64,000 nucleotides of DNA from Pseudobdellovibrionaceae bacterium (GCA_044359815.1 JBIKLL010000002.1:79494-143493); one strand, 5' to 3'; positions 18,066 to 28,679 are shown, counted from the stretch's first letter. The notes: generated by a model not told the origin, from the letters alone. A program made the numbers and translations.

Positions 18066-18746
18066 CTATGACCCCACAATAAAATAAACGTAAATAGGTT
18101 GAATGATAAATCCTCCGGCCACGACAATTCCATAAATCAGTCCGATCTTTTTAAAAAGACCTGCGTATTTGTCCTCGCGAAAACCAAAAGATTGAAATAT
18201 TGAATTCACTCCATGCTTTAAGTGAAAACCTAAAACCAAAAGTGCCACCACATAAAAAATCAAAAACCCAGGTTGCTTAAAACATTCAACGACGAGTCTG
18301 TGCAGATCCCTCATAACCACACCATTGACCGTGGTTTCGTAATAGGTTCCGTATTTAAAGGTAGCTAGGTGTGAAATTATAAAAAACAAAATCAAACTGC
18401 CCTGCACGGCCATTGTTTGACTGGCAAACGACACGGCTTTACCACCGCTGGCCTTTGCTGCGTATCGCTGGGCACCCCGAGCTTTTCGATTTTCCATCGT
18501 TAATCTGACAGCAAGGGTGACATGTACAATTAAGCTTAAGACCAAAATGACTTCTACGGGATACAACAAGGGCCCCGTGACTATTGCATGACCGTACTTG
18601 TTAAAAGCATCAGCCCCAACCAGGATTAATAAATTACCAGCCATGTGAACAAAAACAAATCCAGCCCACACCAATCCTGTAATTCCCATTATATATTTTT
18701 TGCCGACAGAAGACGTCGCGAAACTTTTCAATGCATTCGTACTCAA
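18066..18746 (-). CDS. sdhC: succinate dehydrogenase cytochrome b subunit (single-anchor type)
   Basis: SSVGKKYIMGITG, five TM segments with His ligands, upstream of sdhA; TTG start. Confidence 0.92.
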   Translation of the reverse strand: MSTNALKSFATSSVGKKYIMGITGLVWAGFVFVHMAGNLLILVGADAFNKYGHAIVTGPLLYPVEVILVLSLIVHVTLAVRLTMENRKARGAQRYAAKASGGKAVSFASQTMAVQGSLILFFIISHLATFKYGTYYETTVNGVVMRDLHRLVVECFKQPGFLIFYVVALLVLGFHLKHGVNSIFQSFGFREDKYAGLFKKIGLIYGIVVAGGFIIQPIYVYFIVGS

Positions 18747-18868
18747 GTTGTCACCACCTGTTGATATACTATTTGTATGGTGCAGATAAAATTTTGTCTA
18801 GCTGAAGCAATGAGTTAACTATACACTCTGATGCAATATCGATTAATAGCTTTCATTCGAGGTAGAAA

Positions 18869-19642
18869 ATGAAAATTTTTGTTTTAATCAAACAGGTGCC
18901 CGACACTGAAACCAAGATCAAAATCAGCGCCGATGGGACAGCCATCGATCAAGCTGGTGTAAAATGGGTCATGAATCCCTATGATGAATTTGCCGTGGAA
19001 GAAGCCGTTAAAACCCGCGACCAGATGGCAGGATCCCAGGTTTGGGTCATGACATGTGGGCCAACCAAAAGAACCGTCGAAAGCTTGCGAACAGCCCTGG
19101 CCATGGGTGCTGATGAAGCCATCAGTATTGATGTCCCGGAAAATTTTGATAATTTGCAAACCGCGGCTGTTTTAGCCGAAGCCATCAAAAAAGAAGGCGG
19201 TGCAAAAATTATTTTTTCAGGAAAGCTAGCAATCGATGACAATCAAGGGGCCGTTCCACAAATGGTTGCAACTATTTTAGGCATTCCATCCCTTTCAGTT
19301 GTATCTAAATTAAGCATTCAGGGGGAAAAGGTCACAGCAGAGCGAGATATTGAAGGCGGATCAAAAGAAATTTTTGAAATCAAACTGCCTGCTATGATTT
19401 CTGCCAATAAGGGACTTAATACGCCCAGGTACGCAAGCCTTCCAGGTATTATGAAAGCCAAAAAGAAAGTCATCAAAGAGCTCAATCTGGCAGGACTTGC
19501 AATTAATCCAGAAGCTAAAACAAAGGTTTTAAAAATCGAACTGCCTGCCGAAAAGCCAGCCGTAAAATTGTTATCAGGTGACTCTGTGGCGCAGGCCACT
19601 GCCTTGGTAAAAGCCCTCAGAGATGAAGCAAAAGTCTTATAA
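18869..19642 (+). CDS. etfB: electron transfer flavoprotein beta subunit
   Basis: KQVPDTE, MNPYDEFAVEEA, ALAMGAD, PRYASLPGIMKAKKK. Confidence 0.96.
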   Translation: MKIFVLIKQVPDTETKIKISADGTAIDQAGVKWVMNPYDEFAVEEAVKTRDQMAGSQVWVMTCGPTKRTVESLRTALAMGADEAISIDVPENFDNLQTAAVLAEAIKKEGGAKIIFSGKLAIDDNQGAVPQMVATILGIPSLSVVSKLSIQGEKVTAERDIEGGSKEIFEIKLPAMISANKGLNTPRYASLPGIMKAKKKVIKELNLAGLAINPEAKTKVLKIELPAEKPAVKLLSGDSVAQATALVKALRDEAKVL

Positions 19643-19657
19643 TTTTTAAGGAGACCC

Positions 19658-20620
19658 ATGGGAAAAATCTTAGTTTATATAGAAAGCAGCAATGGAAAAC
19701 TGAAACGCTCATCACAGGAGCTTTTGTCGTTTGCTAAATCTACAGGATCTACTGTTGAAGCAGTCGCTCTGGGAACTTCGGCAAAAGCGTTGGCTACAGA
19801 AGCCGGTGGATTCGGCGCCACTGCATTGCACGTTTATGGCGATGCCACCTTAGACAAATACAATCCCGAAATCTTTACAGCCTTATTTGCTGCCCTGATT
19901 GGCGAATCAAAACCTCAGCTTTTTTTAGCATCATCAAATGCTTTAGGCAGGGATTTATTTGCCAGAGTTTCAGCTAAACTGGGATTTGGCTTACTGACAG
20001 ATTGCACAGAGGTTTCATTAAACGGAAGTTCTGTGAAGGTTAAAAAGCCTTTGTATTCTGGCAAATGCGTTTCTCAACAAGAAATATCTGGATCAACAGC
20101 ACTGGTTTTAATGCGCGCAAATCAAATGCCGGTTGCTACAGCTTCTGGATCAGCCGCTACGGTAAATGAAAAATCTTTTGTAGGGCCTGATGTCTCGGCA
20201 ATTTTAAAAGAAGTGGTAAAAGGGTCTTCCAGCAAACTAGATCTAACCGAGGCAAATATTATTGTTTCAGGTGGAAGAGGCCTCAAAGAAGCCGCAAATT
20301 TTAGTCTGTTAAATGATTTGGCTGATGTTTTGGGCGCAACTGTAGGTGCATCAAGAGCCGTTGTTGATGCTGGTTGGGTTTCTCATTCAATGCAAGTCGG
20401 TCAAACTGGAAAAACAGTGGCTCCGTCGCTGTATATTGCAGTGGGAATTTCTGGAGCCATTCAACATTTGGCTGGGATGAGCAGTAGCCGAGTGATTGTT
20501 GCAATCAACAATGATGCTAATGCCCCCATTTTTCAGAAAGCCACTTACGGTATAGTGGGAGATTTATTTGATGTTGTTCCTAAATTAACCGCAGAATTTA
20601 AAAGGGCCTTAGCGGGTTAA
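19658..20620 (+). CDS. etfA: electron transfer flavoprotein alpha subunit
   Basis: IIVSGGRGL, GASRAVVDAGW, QVGQTGK, GISGAIQHLAGM. Confidence 0.96.
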   Translation: MGKILVYIESSNGKLKRSSQELLSFAKSTGSTVEAVALGTSAKALATEAGGFGATALHVYGDATLDKYNPEIFTALFAALIGESKPQLFLASSNALGRDLFARVSAKLGFGLLTDCTEVSLNGSSVKVKKPLYSGKCVSQQEISGSTALVLMRANQMPVATASGSAATVNEKSFVGPDVSAILKEVVKGSSSKLDLTEANIIVSGGRGLKEAANFSLLNDLADVLGATVGASRAVVDAGWVSHSMQVGQTGKTVAPSLYIAVGISGAIQHLAGMSSSRVIVAINNDANAPIFQKATYGIVGDLFDVVPKLTAEFKRALAG

Positions 20621-20624
20621 TTTA

Positions 20625-21281
20625 TTGGAGCGTTTTCTTAAAAAATATATCCTGAGCTATGTGATTTGGTTTTTATATGAGCTCCTATGGCGCACATGGC
20701 GAATCACCTACGATGAACCAACGGACTTTAAGAATCTTATAAAAAATAAATCGCCAATTATTTTGTCTCACTGGCATGGGGATGAGTTAGTTTTGATTTC
20801 CACTGTCAGAAGGTACAATGTTGCCACCATGTCATCAAAAAGCGATGACGGCGAAATGATGAGCATAGTTATAAACTTATTGGGTGGAAAAACTTCCCGG
20901 GGCTCTAGTTCCAAAGGAGCTGTGGCAGGCTTGAAAGGATTAATCAAAATTGTCAAAGACGGTCATAGTATTAGCTTTGCTGTGGATGGCCCCAAGGGAC
21001 CTTTGCACATAGTTAAACCAGGTGTTTTTGAATTTAGCCGGCTGGTCAGTGCACCTATTTACGCAGCAGGAGTCCATGCCGGCACAAGCTGGAAATTCCC
21101 TAAAGCCTGGAACAAAACATTCCTGCCAAAACCCTTTGCGAGAATCACCATCGTTTGGCGGAAAGTTTTTGATCCTATTTCGCGGGATTTGGATCCACGT
21201 GACCAAGCTTTAGCTGATAAACTTGCGGATGCACTGCGAAACGCGCAAGGGCAAGCTCTCCAAAAAAATTGCGACGCATGA
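20625..21281 (+). CDS. lysophospholipid acyltransferase-like protein (DUF374)
   Basis: WHGD, SKSDDGE, RGSSSKG, AVDGPKGP, PKPF motifs. Confidence 0.85.
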   Translation: MERFLKKYILSYVIWFLYELLWRTWRITYDEPTDFKNLIKNKSPIILSHWHGDELVLISTVRRYNVATMSSKSDDGEMMSIVINLLGGKTSRGSSSKGAVAGLKGLIKIVKDGHSISFAVDGPKGPLHIVKPGVFEFSRLVSAPIYAAGVHAGTSWKFPKAWNKTFLPKPFARITIVWRKVFDPISRDLDPRDQALADKLADALRNAQGQALQKNCDA

Positions 21282-21313
21282 GTTGCTTTGTTAGCCTTTA
21301 AATAGAGGTAACT

Positions 21314-22150
21314 ATGCAAAAATATTTATTCATCTTAATTTTAACATCCTGCTTTGTTTTCAGTTTGGGATTTGCTCCTGATGTGAGCGCCCAGGCAAAA
21401 GACGCCGTTGTTGCCAGCGTCAATGGCAAAAAAATCACCGTGGATGAATTTAACAAAAAATTTAATGCCGTTAAATCACAGACCATTAATCCACCCACAA
21501 AACAGCAGTTTCTAGAAGATTTAGTCCGGTATGAAGTTGGTTTACAGGAAGCCCAGAAGAAAAAACTAAACCAAGACCCCACTGTTCAGGATCGTATGCA
21601 GCAAGAGCTGTACAAATCACTGTTGGAAAAAGAGCTAGCTGATAAAGTTCAAAAAATTTCAGTTACCGAAAAAGAATTACAGGATTTTTACAAGAAAAAT
21701 CCCGAGATTCGAAGCTCACATATTTTGATTGAGCTTAAGCAAGGAGCCACACCAGAACAACGCGCTGAAGCTAAAAAACGTGCCGAGGAAATCTTGTCTG
21801 AAGTTAAATCCAGCAAGAGACCTTTTGAAGAATTGGTTAAGTTGTATTCTGATGATACTTTGAGTAAAACTTATGGTGGTGATATTGGGTTTCAAACACG
21901 GCTGACACTAGTTCCTAATTATTACGACACTATTTTGGGAATGAAGGTTAATGATGTTAAGGGATTAATTGAAACTTTGTATGGGTTTCACATAGTTAAA
22001 GTAACCGGAAGAAGAAATTTTGAAAACGCTGACAGAAAACAAATTCGAATGTCACTGTTTAATGAAAAACGAAAAGACGTTTTTAACGAATATTTTGATA
22101 AACTTAAAAAATCTTATCAAATCGAAACCAATCAAAAACTTTTGCAGTAG
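21314..22150 (+). CDS. periplasmic parvulin-type peptidyl-prolyl isomerase
   Basis: Signal peptide; VASVNGKKIT, SSHILI, YSDD...GGDIG, YGFHIVKV. Confidence 0.9.
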   Translation: MQKYLFILILTSCFVFSLGFAPDVSAQAKDAVVASVNGKKITVDEFNKKFNAVKSQTINPPTKQQFLEDLVRYEVGLQEAQKKKLNQDPTVQDRMQQELYKSLLEKELADKVQKISVTEKELQDFYKKNPEIRSSHILIELKQGATPEQRAEAKKRAEEILSEVKSSKRPFEELVKLYSDDTLSKTYGGDIGFQTRLTLVPNYYDTILGMKVNDVKGLIETLYGFHIVKVTGRRNFENADRKQIRMSLFNEKRKDVFNEYFDKLKKSYQIETNQKLLQ

Positions 22151-23081
22151 TTTCGTAATTGCATTGGTAATTGCTGGCTGCACAGACTCAGCCAGCATGA
22201 TTTCCAGAAAACCTGTCGTAAAAGTCAACGAGAGCACCCTAACGGTTAAAGACTTTTCAGACCGCTTGGTTTTTGAGTTGAAGGACTTCGATGCCTTGTC
22301 CGCCAAAGATCCTGCCATCCTTAGAAGGGTCAAAGAAAAAATTATCCGTGATTTTGTTATGCGTTCACTAATTAATGATTTTGCAAAACAAAACTCAATT
22401 ACCGTTTCGGATGCTGAACTCGAAAATGAAACTAATTCTATCAGATCCAGCTACCCTGATGATTTATCTTTTCGTGAGGTTCTGGCTGAAAACAATATGT
22501 CATTTTCTGATTGGCAAAAAAGCATGAAGGAAGCGCTTATTGAACGAAAGGTTTTTAAAAAAATTAATGAAAAGTCTGCTCCGGTTACCGACGATGATAT
22601 GCGAAAATACTATGCTACCAACAAAGACTTCTTTAAACGGGGAGAATCCATTGATCTGAGGCAAATTGTTGTCGATGACCTGAATAAAGCCGAAGTTATC
22701 AAAACGGAACTCCGAAAAAATTCATTTGAAAAACTGGCAAAGGAATATTCTGTAGCTCCCGAGGCCAGAACTGGGGGCAAAGTCGGCACTTTTGAAAAAG
22801 GCACTGTGGATATTTTTGACAAAGCTTTCACCTTGCCTGTCGGCGGAGTCAGCCAAGTCTTGGAATCCAGTTATGGCTTTCATATTTTCAAAGTAGACAA
22901 AAAAAATCCTGCAGGATTTTCAGCCTTTGAGAACAATAAGAAATTAATCAAAAACATGGTTGAGGCTCAGAAAGAACAAGCTGAGTTTGTAAATTGGCTG
23001 GACAGACAAATCAGATCCAGTAGGGTGCTCAGAGATAGGGCCCTGGTCGATGCAATCAGTATAGAAACCAGAATGAGGTAG
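22095..23081 (+). CDS. parvulin-type PPIase lipoprotein (PrsA/SurA-like); start uncertain
   Basis: LVIAGC lipobox; FEKLAKEYS, GGKVG, YGFHIFKV; TTG 22095 chosen as the nearest plausible start. Confidence 0.85.
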   Translation: MINLKNLIKSKPIKNFCSSFVIALVIAGCTDSASMISRKPVVKVNESTLTVKDFSDRLVFELKDFDALSAKDPAILRRVKEKIIRDFVMRSLINDFAKQNSITVSDAELENETNSIRSSYPDDLSFREVLAENNMSFSDWQKSMKEALIERKVFKKINEKSAPVTDDDMRKYYATNKDFFKRGESIDLRQIVVDDLNKAEVIKTELRKNSFEKLAKEYSVAPEARTGGKVGTFEKGTVDIFDKAFTLPVGGVSQVLESSYGFHIFKVDKKNPAGFSAFENNKKLIKNMVEAQKEQAEFVNWLDRQIRSSRVLRDRALVDAISIETRMR

Positions 23082-23083
23082 TT

Positions 23084-24028
23084 ATGTTAAGTGTGATATT
23101 GAGTCTTTTAATTTCTGTCGGAAACGCCGCGGAATTGGTCGATAAAATTGTTGCCGTTGTGAACAACGAAATCATCACAGAATCGGATTTAAGCCAATTT
23201 TCCTCTGGCCTCAGAAAATCAGGAATGATTGATGACATGCTTCTGTTGGGTAAGTCGATTGATTCAATAAAAAGCGACAGAACAGAATTGTTAAATTATT
23301 TAATCAGTGAAAAATTGCTGGATTCTGAAGTCAAAAAAAACAATATGTCGGTAACAATTGAACGGGTTGAACAAGAAATCCGATCCATTGCCAAAAGAAA
23401 TGGTGCAACCAGAAATGATTTGTTGGCGGCAATTAAAAATCAGGGAATGTCTGCGGCCGAATATCAGAACTTTTTAAAAACTCGTATTGAAAGGCAGTCC
23501 GTCATCGAGCAAGAAATTTCATCTAAAATCAGGGTTTCCGAGGAAGATATTGCCTCTGAGTATCAAAAACGAAATCCAAATCTTAATTTAGGTTCCCATG
23601 AATTCACCTTGGCCCATATTTTGTTTAGACCCCAAAAAGGTGGATGGGAAGCAGCCATGAGCCGTGCAGAATCTGTATCGAAGCTAGTGGGCTCAGGTCA
23701 GTCATTTGAAAATCTGGCCGAACAGCACAGTGAAGATCCTAATTTTAACACGGGCGGAATGCTGGGGACATTTAAAGCAGGCGAATTTTTGCCTGAAATC
23801 GAAAAGGTAATTTCTGGATTGAGTGCAAATGAAATCAGTAAACCTATTCGGTCCAAATCAGGAATTCATATTGTTAGAGTGATATCTAAGAAGGTTATTT
23901 CAGACCCGAAGTTTGAAAAAGAGAAAGAAAAAATCCGGGCCGAACTGTTTGAAAAATCATTTCAAAAGCATCTGAAGATTTGGATTGAAAACAAAAAAGA
24001 AGATGCCTTTGTTCGCATAAATTTATGA
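23084..24028 (+). CDS. surA: SurA-family chaperone/PPIase
   Basis: VDKIVAVVNNEIITESD SurA N-domain; one parvulin domain (LAHIL, FENLAEQHSED, GIHIV); upstream of pdxA. Confidence 0.85.
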   Translation: MLSVILSLLISVGNAAELVDKIVAVVNNEIITESDLSQFSSGLRKSGMIDDMLLLGKSIDSIKSDRTELLNYLISEKLLDSEVKKNNMSVTIERVEQEIRSIAKRNGATRNDLLAAIKNQGMSAAEYQNFLKTRIERQSVIEQEISSKIRVSEEDIASEYQKRNPNLNLGSHEFTLAHILFRPQKGGWEAAMSRAESVSKLVGSGQSFENLAEQHSEDPNFNTGGMLGTFKAGEFLPEIEKVISGLSANEISKPIRSKSGIHIVRVISKKVISDPKFEKEKEKIRAELFEKSFQKHLKIWIENKKEDAFVRINL

Positions 24029-24915
24029 GCACTTATTTGATCACTACGGGTGACGCGGACGGCATTGGTCTGGAAGTCACTCTAAAAGCACTTAAAAAAA
24101 TCAAACCTAAAAAATCCGAAAAGTTTGTTTTCTTTTCAGAGCGGCCAGCCAAAAAGTCTGCGAAATTAAGTAAACACAGCTATCCGATTGAGGATTCGAT
24201 TCACCAAGCTCTGGGCAACCCTGCACCAATCATAAATTTTCAGTCTACTGAAAGCCCTGTTGATTGGGTTTTAACTGCTGGAAGCCTTTGCCAACAGCAC
24301 GGGTACGCAATGATTACGGGACCCTTATCAAAACAATTGATAAGCCAATCTGGACACAGTTCTGTTGGTCACACAGGACTTTTGAAAAGCCTTACTGATT
24401 CAACTGAAGTATTTATGTATTTTATCGGCAAATATTTTAATGTGGCATTGTTGACAGGGCACTGTCAGATCAACGAAGTAACTGAACAAATTAATCGAAG
24501 TAAAATTGAATTGTTGGTTCAATATTTGAAACAGTTTAACTATAAAAAAATTGCTCTATTGGGTTTAAATCCTCATGCTGGCGATGACGGCGTGATTTCT
24601 AAATTTGATTCTGAGGTGCTAAAACCGATTGTATCAAAGTTAGGTATAGCTGGACCCTTGGTGCCTGATGTTGCGTTTATGAAACCAAACTGGAAAAAGT
24701 ACGATGCCTATATCGCTTGTTATCACGATCAGGGATTAATACCTTTTAAAATGATTCATGGGTTTGAATCAGGAGTTCATATCAGTTTGGGTTTGCCCTT
24801 TGTCAGAACTTCAGTGGATCACGGAACTGCAAAAGATATTTTTGGTAAAAACAAAGCTCAATATAATTCTATGCTTCTTGCCATTAAAACTGCGCAGAGG
24901 TTAAGTAATAAATAA
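24025..24915 (+). CDS. pdxA: 4-hydroxythreonine-4-phosphate dehydrogenase
   Basis: GDADGIGLE, GHTG, GLNPHAGD, YHDQGLIPFK, RTSVDHGTA. Confidence 0.93.
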   Translation: MSTYLITTGDADGIGLEVTLKALKKIKPKKSEKFVFFSERPAKKSAKLSKHSYPIEDSIHQALGNPAPIINFQSTESPVDWVLTAGSLCQQHGYAMITGPLSKQLISQSGHSSVGHTGLLKSLTDSTEVFMYFIGKYFNVALLTGHCQINEVTEQINRSKIELLVQYLKQFNYKKIALLGLNPHAGDDGVISKFDSEVLKPIVSKLGIAGPLVPDVAFMKPNWKKYDAYIACYHDQGLIPFKMIHGFESGVHISLGLPFVRTSVDHGTAKDIFGKNKAQYNSMLLAIKTAQRLSNK

Positions 24916-24925
24916 GGAAGTGTTT

Positions 24926-26296
24926 ATGTATCAGAAGGTGATTTTTAGAGAATACGATATCAGAGGCGTTTACAATGGTCAGTTTGATGCAGATTTTGCC
25001 TATCACCTGGGCCGCGCCTATTGTCAGTATTTACTGAAGGAAAAAGGTATTAAGAATCCTGTCGTGACCTTGGGTTACGATGCCAGATTATCAGGACCAG
25101 AAATAAAAACAGCAATGTCCAAGGGTTTGCAAGAATGCGGCGCCAAAGTTATTTTCTTGGGATTAATAACGTCCCCAATCAGTTATTTTTCGACATTTAA
25201 TATCAAGGAAGCTGTCGGCGGGATTATGATAACCGGCAGTCACAATCCACCTGAATACAACGGGTTTAAAATCAGTGTCGATAAAACAACTATTTTTGGT
25301 GCTGAAATTCAAAAACTTTTGGGTTTTATTGAAAGACAAGAATATCCCACGGGAAAAGGCAGCGAGGTCAGTTATGATATTTTTCCTGAGTACGTCGAAC
25401 GGTACAAAAAGGAATTCGGCAATCTGAAGGACCTTCCTGTCGTACTAGATTGCGGCAACGGAGCCGCAGGTTGCATCGTCAGGAAACTATTTGAATCAGT
25501 TGGTCTTAAACCAACAATTTTGTTTGAAAAACCAGATGGTAAATTTCCTAATCATCACCCAGATCCCACTGTCGAAAAAAATTTGGTGGATTTAATAGCT
25601 GCAGTTAGAACCAACAAGGCTCGGGTAGGAATAGGATTTGATGGCGACGCTGATCGTATTGGTGTCGTAGATCACTTAGGTAATATGATTTATGGCGATG
25701 AATTAATGGTATTGATCAGTCGACAAATTTTGTCTGAAACTCCGGGTAAAAAAATTATCGGGGATGTTAAGTGTTCTGACCGAATGTACGCCGATGTTAA
25801 AAAATTTGGTGGCATTCCTATTATGTGGAAGACCGGACATTCGTTGATCAAAGAGAAAATTAAATCAGAAAAATCACCTTTTGGCGGCGAAATGTCTGGT
25901 CACATATTTTTTGCTGATCGAAATTATGGATACGATGATGCCCTTTATGCAGGGCTAAGGGTTTGCGAGATTTTGGCCAAAACTGGGAAAACCATTCCTG
26001 AATTGTTAGAAGGTTTGCCAAAAGCCTACAATACTCCCGAAATTAGAATTGACACAACTGAGGAGAAAAAAGTTTTGATCGTTCAAAAACTTATTGAATC
26101 ATTAAAATCTGAAGATCCTAAAGACGTCCGTTTAGACTTCACCGATGGTGTTAGAGCCAGTTTTAATGACGGGTGGGCCTTAGCCAGGGCTTCAAATACT
26201 CAACCGGTATTGGTGTTGAGATTTGAATCCTCAACACCAAACGGATTAGACAGAATCAGATCACGATTTGAAAAAATCGTGACCCAATATTTATAG
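24926..26296 (+). CDS. phosphomannomutase/phosphoglucomutase (AlgC-like)
   Basis: FREYDIRG, ITGSHNP, FDGDADR, GEMSGH, RASNTQP. Confidence 0.95.
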   Translation: MYQKVIFREYDIRGVYNGQFDADFAYHLGRAYCQYLLKEKGIKNPVVTLGYDARLSGPEIKTAMSKGLQECGAKVIFLGLITSPISYFSTFNIKEAVGGIMITGSHNPPEYNGFKISVDKTTIFGAEIQKLLGFIERQEYPTGKGSEVSYDIFPEYVERYKKEFGNLKDLPVVLDCGNGAAGCIVRKLFESVGLKPTILFEKPDGKFPNHHPDPTVEKNLVDLIAAVRTNKARVGIGFDGDADRIGVVDHLGNMIYGDELMVLISRQILSETPGKKIIGDVKCSDRMYADVKKFGGIPIMWKTGHSLIKEKIKSEKSPFGGEMSGHIFFADRNYGYDDALYAGLRVCEILAKTGKTIPELLEGLPKAYNTPEIRIDTTEEKKVLIVQKLIESLKSEDPKDVRLDFTDGVRASFNDGWALARASNTQPVLVLRFESSTPNGLDRIRSRFEKIVTQYL

Positions 26297-26617
26297 TTTA
26301 CCTGATAAATTGAAAGCAATAACTAGGGCGTAGATCACCAGAGACTCGATCAACGCCAAACCGATGATCATTGGAGTGAAGATTTTTCCGGAAGCACCTG
26401 GATTTCTGGCGATACCTTCAAGTGCAGAAGTTGCGGCCATACCTTGACCTATACTGCCCCCCAATACTGCAACACCAATTGCAATACTAGCACTAATGGC
26501 TATCAACCCTCTGTCACTGCCTGTGCTGGCTTGAGCGACTGCTTCTTGAGCAAAAGCTGGTGATGTCACTAAGTAAGTCGACACTGCTGCGAACGTTCCC
26601 TTTAAGATGTTTTTCAT
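26291..26617 (-). CDS. atpE: ATP synthase F0 subunit c
   Basis: GSIGQG, EGIARNP, LALIESLVIYALV; N-terminal extension. Confidence 0.96.
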   Translation of the reverse strand: MKNILKGTFAAVSTYLVTSPAFAQEAVAQASTGSDRGLIAISASIAIGVAVLGGSIGQGMAATSALEGIARNPGASGKIFTPMIIGLALIESLVIYALVIAFNLSGKL

Positions 26618-26642
26618 ATTTTTCTCCTTTGATTAAATTAAA

Positions 26643-27323
26643 TTAATGATCGTGTGCAGTCGCCAATGCAACGTAAACCATTGAAAGCAACGTAAACACA
26701 AATGCTTGAACAACACTTACGAAAATACCCATCATATAAAATGGCAGTGGCAAGAAAACAGGGAAAAGACCCAAAAACAGTCCCACTACAGTATGATCAC
26801 CAGCCAGAACATTAGCTAGTCTCAGACCTAGGCTCATTGGACGAACAAGATGTGAAATCACTTCGATGATTAACATCATTGGTGCAAGCCAGATAACTGG
26901 GCCCAAAAAATGTTTCAAATAGCCAACTCCATTTTCTTTGAAACCCATGAAGTTATAGACAAGGAACATCAAAATACCCATAGCTAAAGTCGTGTTCAAA
27001 TTTTGAGTCGCAGGCATCATTCCCGGTAACAGTCCGACTAAATTATTAAATAACACCCAAGTAAAAATAGCAGCGAACATCGGTACGAACTTGCGTCCAT
27101 GTTCACCAATTACCATTTTTGTCATGTCATCAATATATTCCGTAAAAAACTCAAAAATTCCTCTGATCGAAAACTTTCCAGCAGGAACAGCAACCTGATC
27201 ACCAGTTCCTAATGCTCTTTTTGCGGCCAAAGCTGTTGCTACCAAAGTTCCACCAACAACAGCTCCAGTTACTACATGGGCATAATGTTCGCCTGCTACC
27301 AGTGAGGACCAAGAGAATGTCAT
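26643..27323 (-). CDS. atpB: ATP synthase F0 subunit a
   Basis: Start revised to MTFSWS; RPMSLGLRLANVLAGDH, QAFVFTLLSMVY. Confidence 0.95.
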   Translation of the reverse strand: MTFSWSSLVAGEHYAHVVTGAVVGGTLVATALAAKRALGTGDQVAVPAGKFSIRGIFEFFTEYIDDMTKMVIGEHGRKFVPMFAAIFTWVLFNNLVGLLPGMMPATQNLNTTLAMGILMFLVYNFMGFKENGVGYLKHFLGPVIWLAPMMLIIEVISHLVRPMSLGLRLANVLAGDHTVVGLFLGLFPVFLPLPFYMMGIFVSVVQAFVFTLLSMVYVALATAHDH

Positions 27324-27655
27324 TTGTTGGCTTCCTTTAATGCTAAAACTAAAGCGGTCGGAATTAATGATGTCGTTCCAAAAATAAACCAAAGCGTTTC
27401 GATTTGGTAAACTTGGACGAGCCAATACAAACTAACCGCGAAAATTGCGTATTTAGATACAATAAATAGAAGAACAAGGGCAATGAATTTCTTATGTTTG
27501 AGCGGAGACCATACAATCATCCATCCACCCAAAATTATGAACGCAAACACAGTACCAATAGCAAATGATGTGATGTGTTGGCTCCAAAGAAGCTTAATAA
27601 TTAAGCACATTATGGCAGACACAACTGCATTGGTTCCTAAGATTGAAGCGGCCAC
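27320..27655 (-). CDS. atpI: ATP synthase subunit I-like membrane protein
   Basis: Four TM segments directly upstream of atpB; KYAIFAVSLY motif. Confidence 0.65.
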   Translation of the reverse strand: MAASILGTNAVVSAIMCLIIKLLWSQHITSFAIGTVFAFIILGGWMIVWSPLKHKKFIALVLLFIVSKYAIFAVSLYWLVQVYQIETLWFIFGTTSLIPTALVLALKEANK

Positions 27656-27858
27656 TACTGGTCATCTTTCTCAAAATGTCTAAGCATCTTCAATACATGA
27701 ATCAGCCAGCCAGTTAATCCCAAGACTGAAAAGCCTATCAGAAACATTCCTTTTCCATGATATTTTTCATCCAATTTTTGACCTATAAAAATACAGGTCA
27801 AAATAATAGCAACCAGTTCAAATCCAATTCCTATGAAAACTAAATATTTTTTATCCAT
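27655..27858 (-). CDS. AtpZ/AtpI (ATPase gene 1)-family protein
   Basis: IGIGFEL...IGQKLDEKY...LGLTG, two TM helices. Confidence 0.8.
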   Translation of the reverse strand: MDKKYLVFIGIGFELVAIILTCIFIGQKLDEKYHGKGMFLIGFSVLGLTGWLIHVLKMLRHFEKDDQ

Positions 27859-28679
27859 TATTTTCTCATGCCTTTGGCTCCGGGGGCATTTTTTTGTTTT
27901 TCCATTAATTTCTGGATTTTGCTTTCAATATATTCTGGTGTTGGATGATATGTTTTCAAATTATTTAAAACTGCTATCGCATTTTTAAAATCTTTAAGTT
28001 CTTCATAACAAACCGCCAACGTAAGTGCCACGTTTTCTGCTTTTGAAAAGTCAGGAAATTCCTTTAGTACTTTTAAAAAAACCTGTGCTGCGGATGCCAT
28101 GTCCTTTTTTGCCAGAAAAATGCTTCCTTTCAGAACCAACAAATCAAATTGCTTCTTAGGATCTAAATCTTTTTGCAACAGAAATTCATCAACTTCATTA
28201 GCGGCTTGATTGAAGTCATTTAAATAAAAATATGTTTTTGCCAGTTTCATTTTATAGTCTGCGATTTCTGATTTATTTTTTAACTGCACTATTAGTTTGT
28301 TTATCTCGATCACAGCATTTTTATAATCACTCATTTGTTCGATCAAAATATTAATCAACTGTTTCTGAGCATTGATTCTGTCTTCTACAGATTTTGAATA
28401 CAAAATTATATGTTTTAAGAAGCTAATAGCCTTAGGATAATCCTTGGTTTCCACCTTGCAGATTTTGGCGGCTTCAAAAGCACCTTCGATTGATTCTTTT
28501 GATTCCGGAAACCGAGCGACCAGAAATTCCAAGCCATCGACAGCCTTTTGAAAATTCGAGATTTCAATATTGTTCTTTGCTTTTTCTAAAATTGTTTTAG
28601 CAGATTCTTGGCATCCAGATCCCAAGATCACAAAAATCAAAAGGACGAGCCTTTTTAAATTAATGAGTAACAACTCCAT
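27858..28679 (-). CDS. tetratricopeptide-repeat lipoprotein; start uncertain
   Basis: LGSGC lipobox; TPR-like repeats ([28 protein letters not shown]). Confidence 0.8.
   Translation of the reverse strand: MELLLINLKRLVLLIFVILGSGCQESAKTILEKAKNNIEISNFQKAVDGLEFLVARFPESKESIEGAFEAAKICKVETKDYPKAISFLKHIILYSKSVEDRINAQKQLINILIEQMSDYKNAVIEINKLIVQLKNKSEIADYKMKLAKTYFYLNDFNQAANEVDEFLLQKDLDPKKQFDLLVLKGSIFLAKKDMASAAQVFLKVLKEFPDFSKAENVALTLAVCYEELKDFKNAIAVLNNLKTYHPTPEYIESKIQKLMEKQKNAPGAKGMRK

Noticed and set aside
22020..22150. Programmed frameshift fusing the two overlapping PPIase ORFs
   Set aside because: The downstream frame is +1, there is no in-phase slippery heptamer, and the second protein has its own lipoprotein signal.
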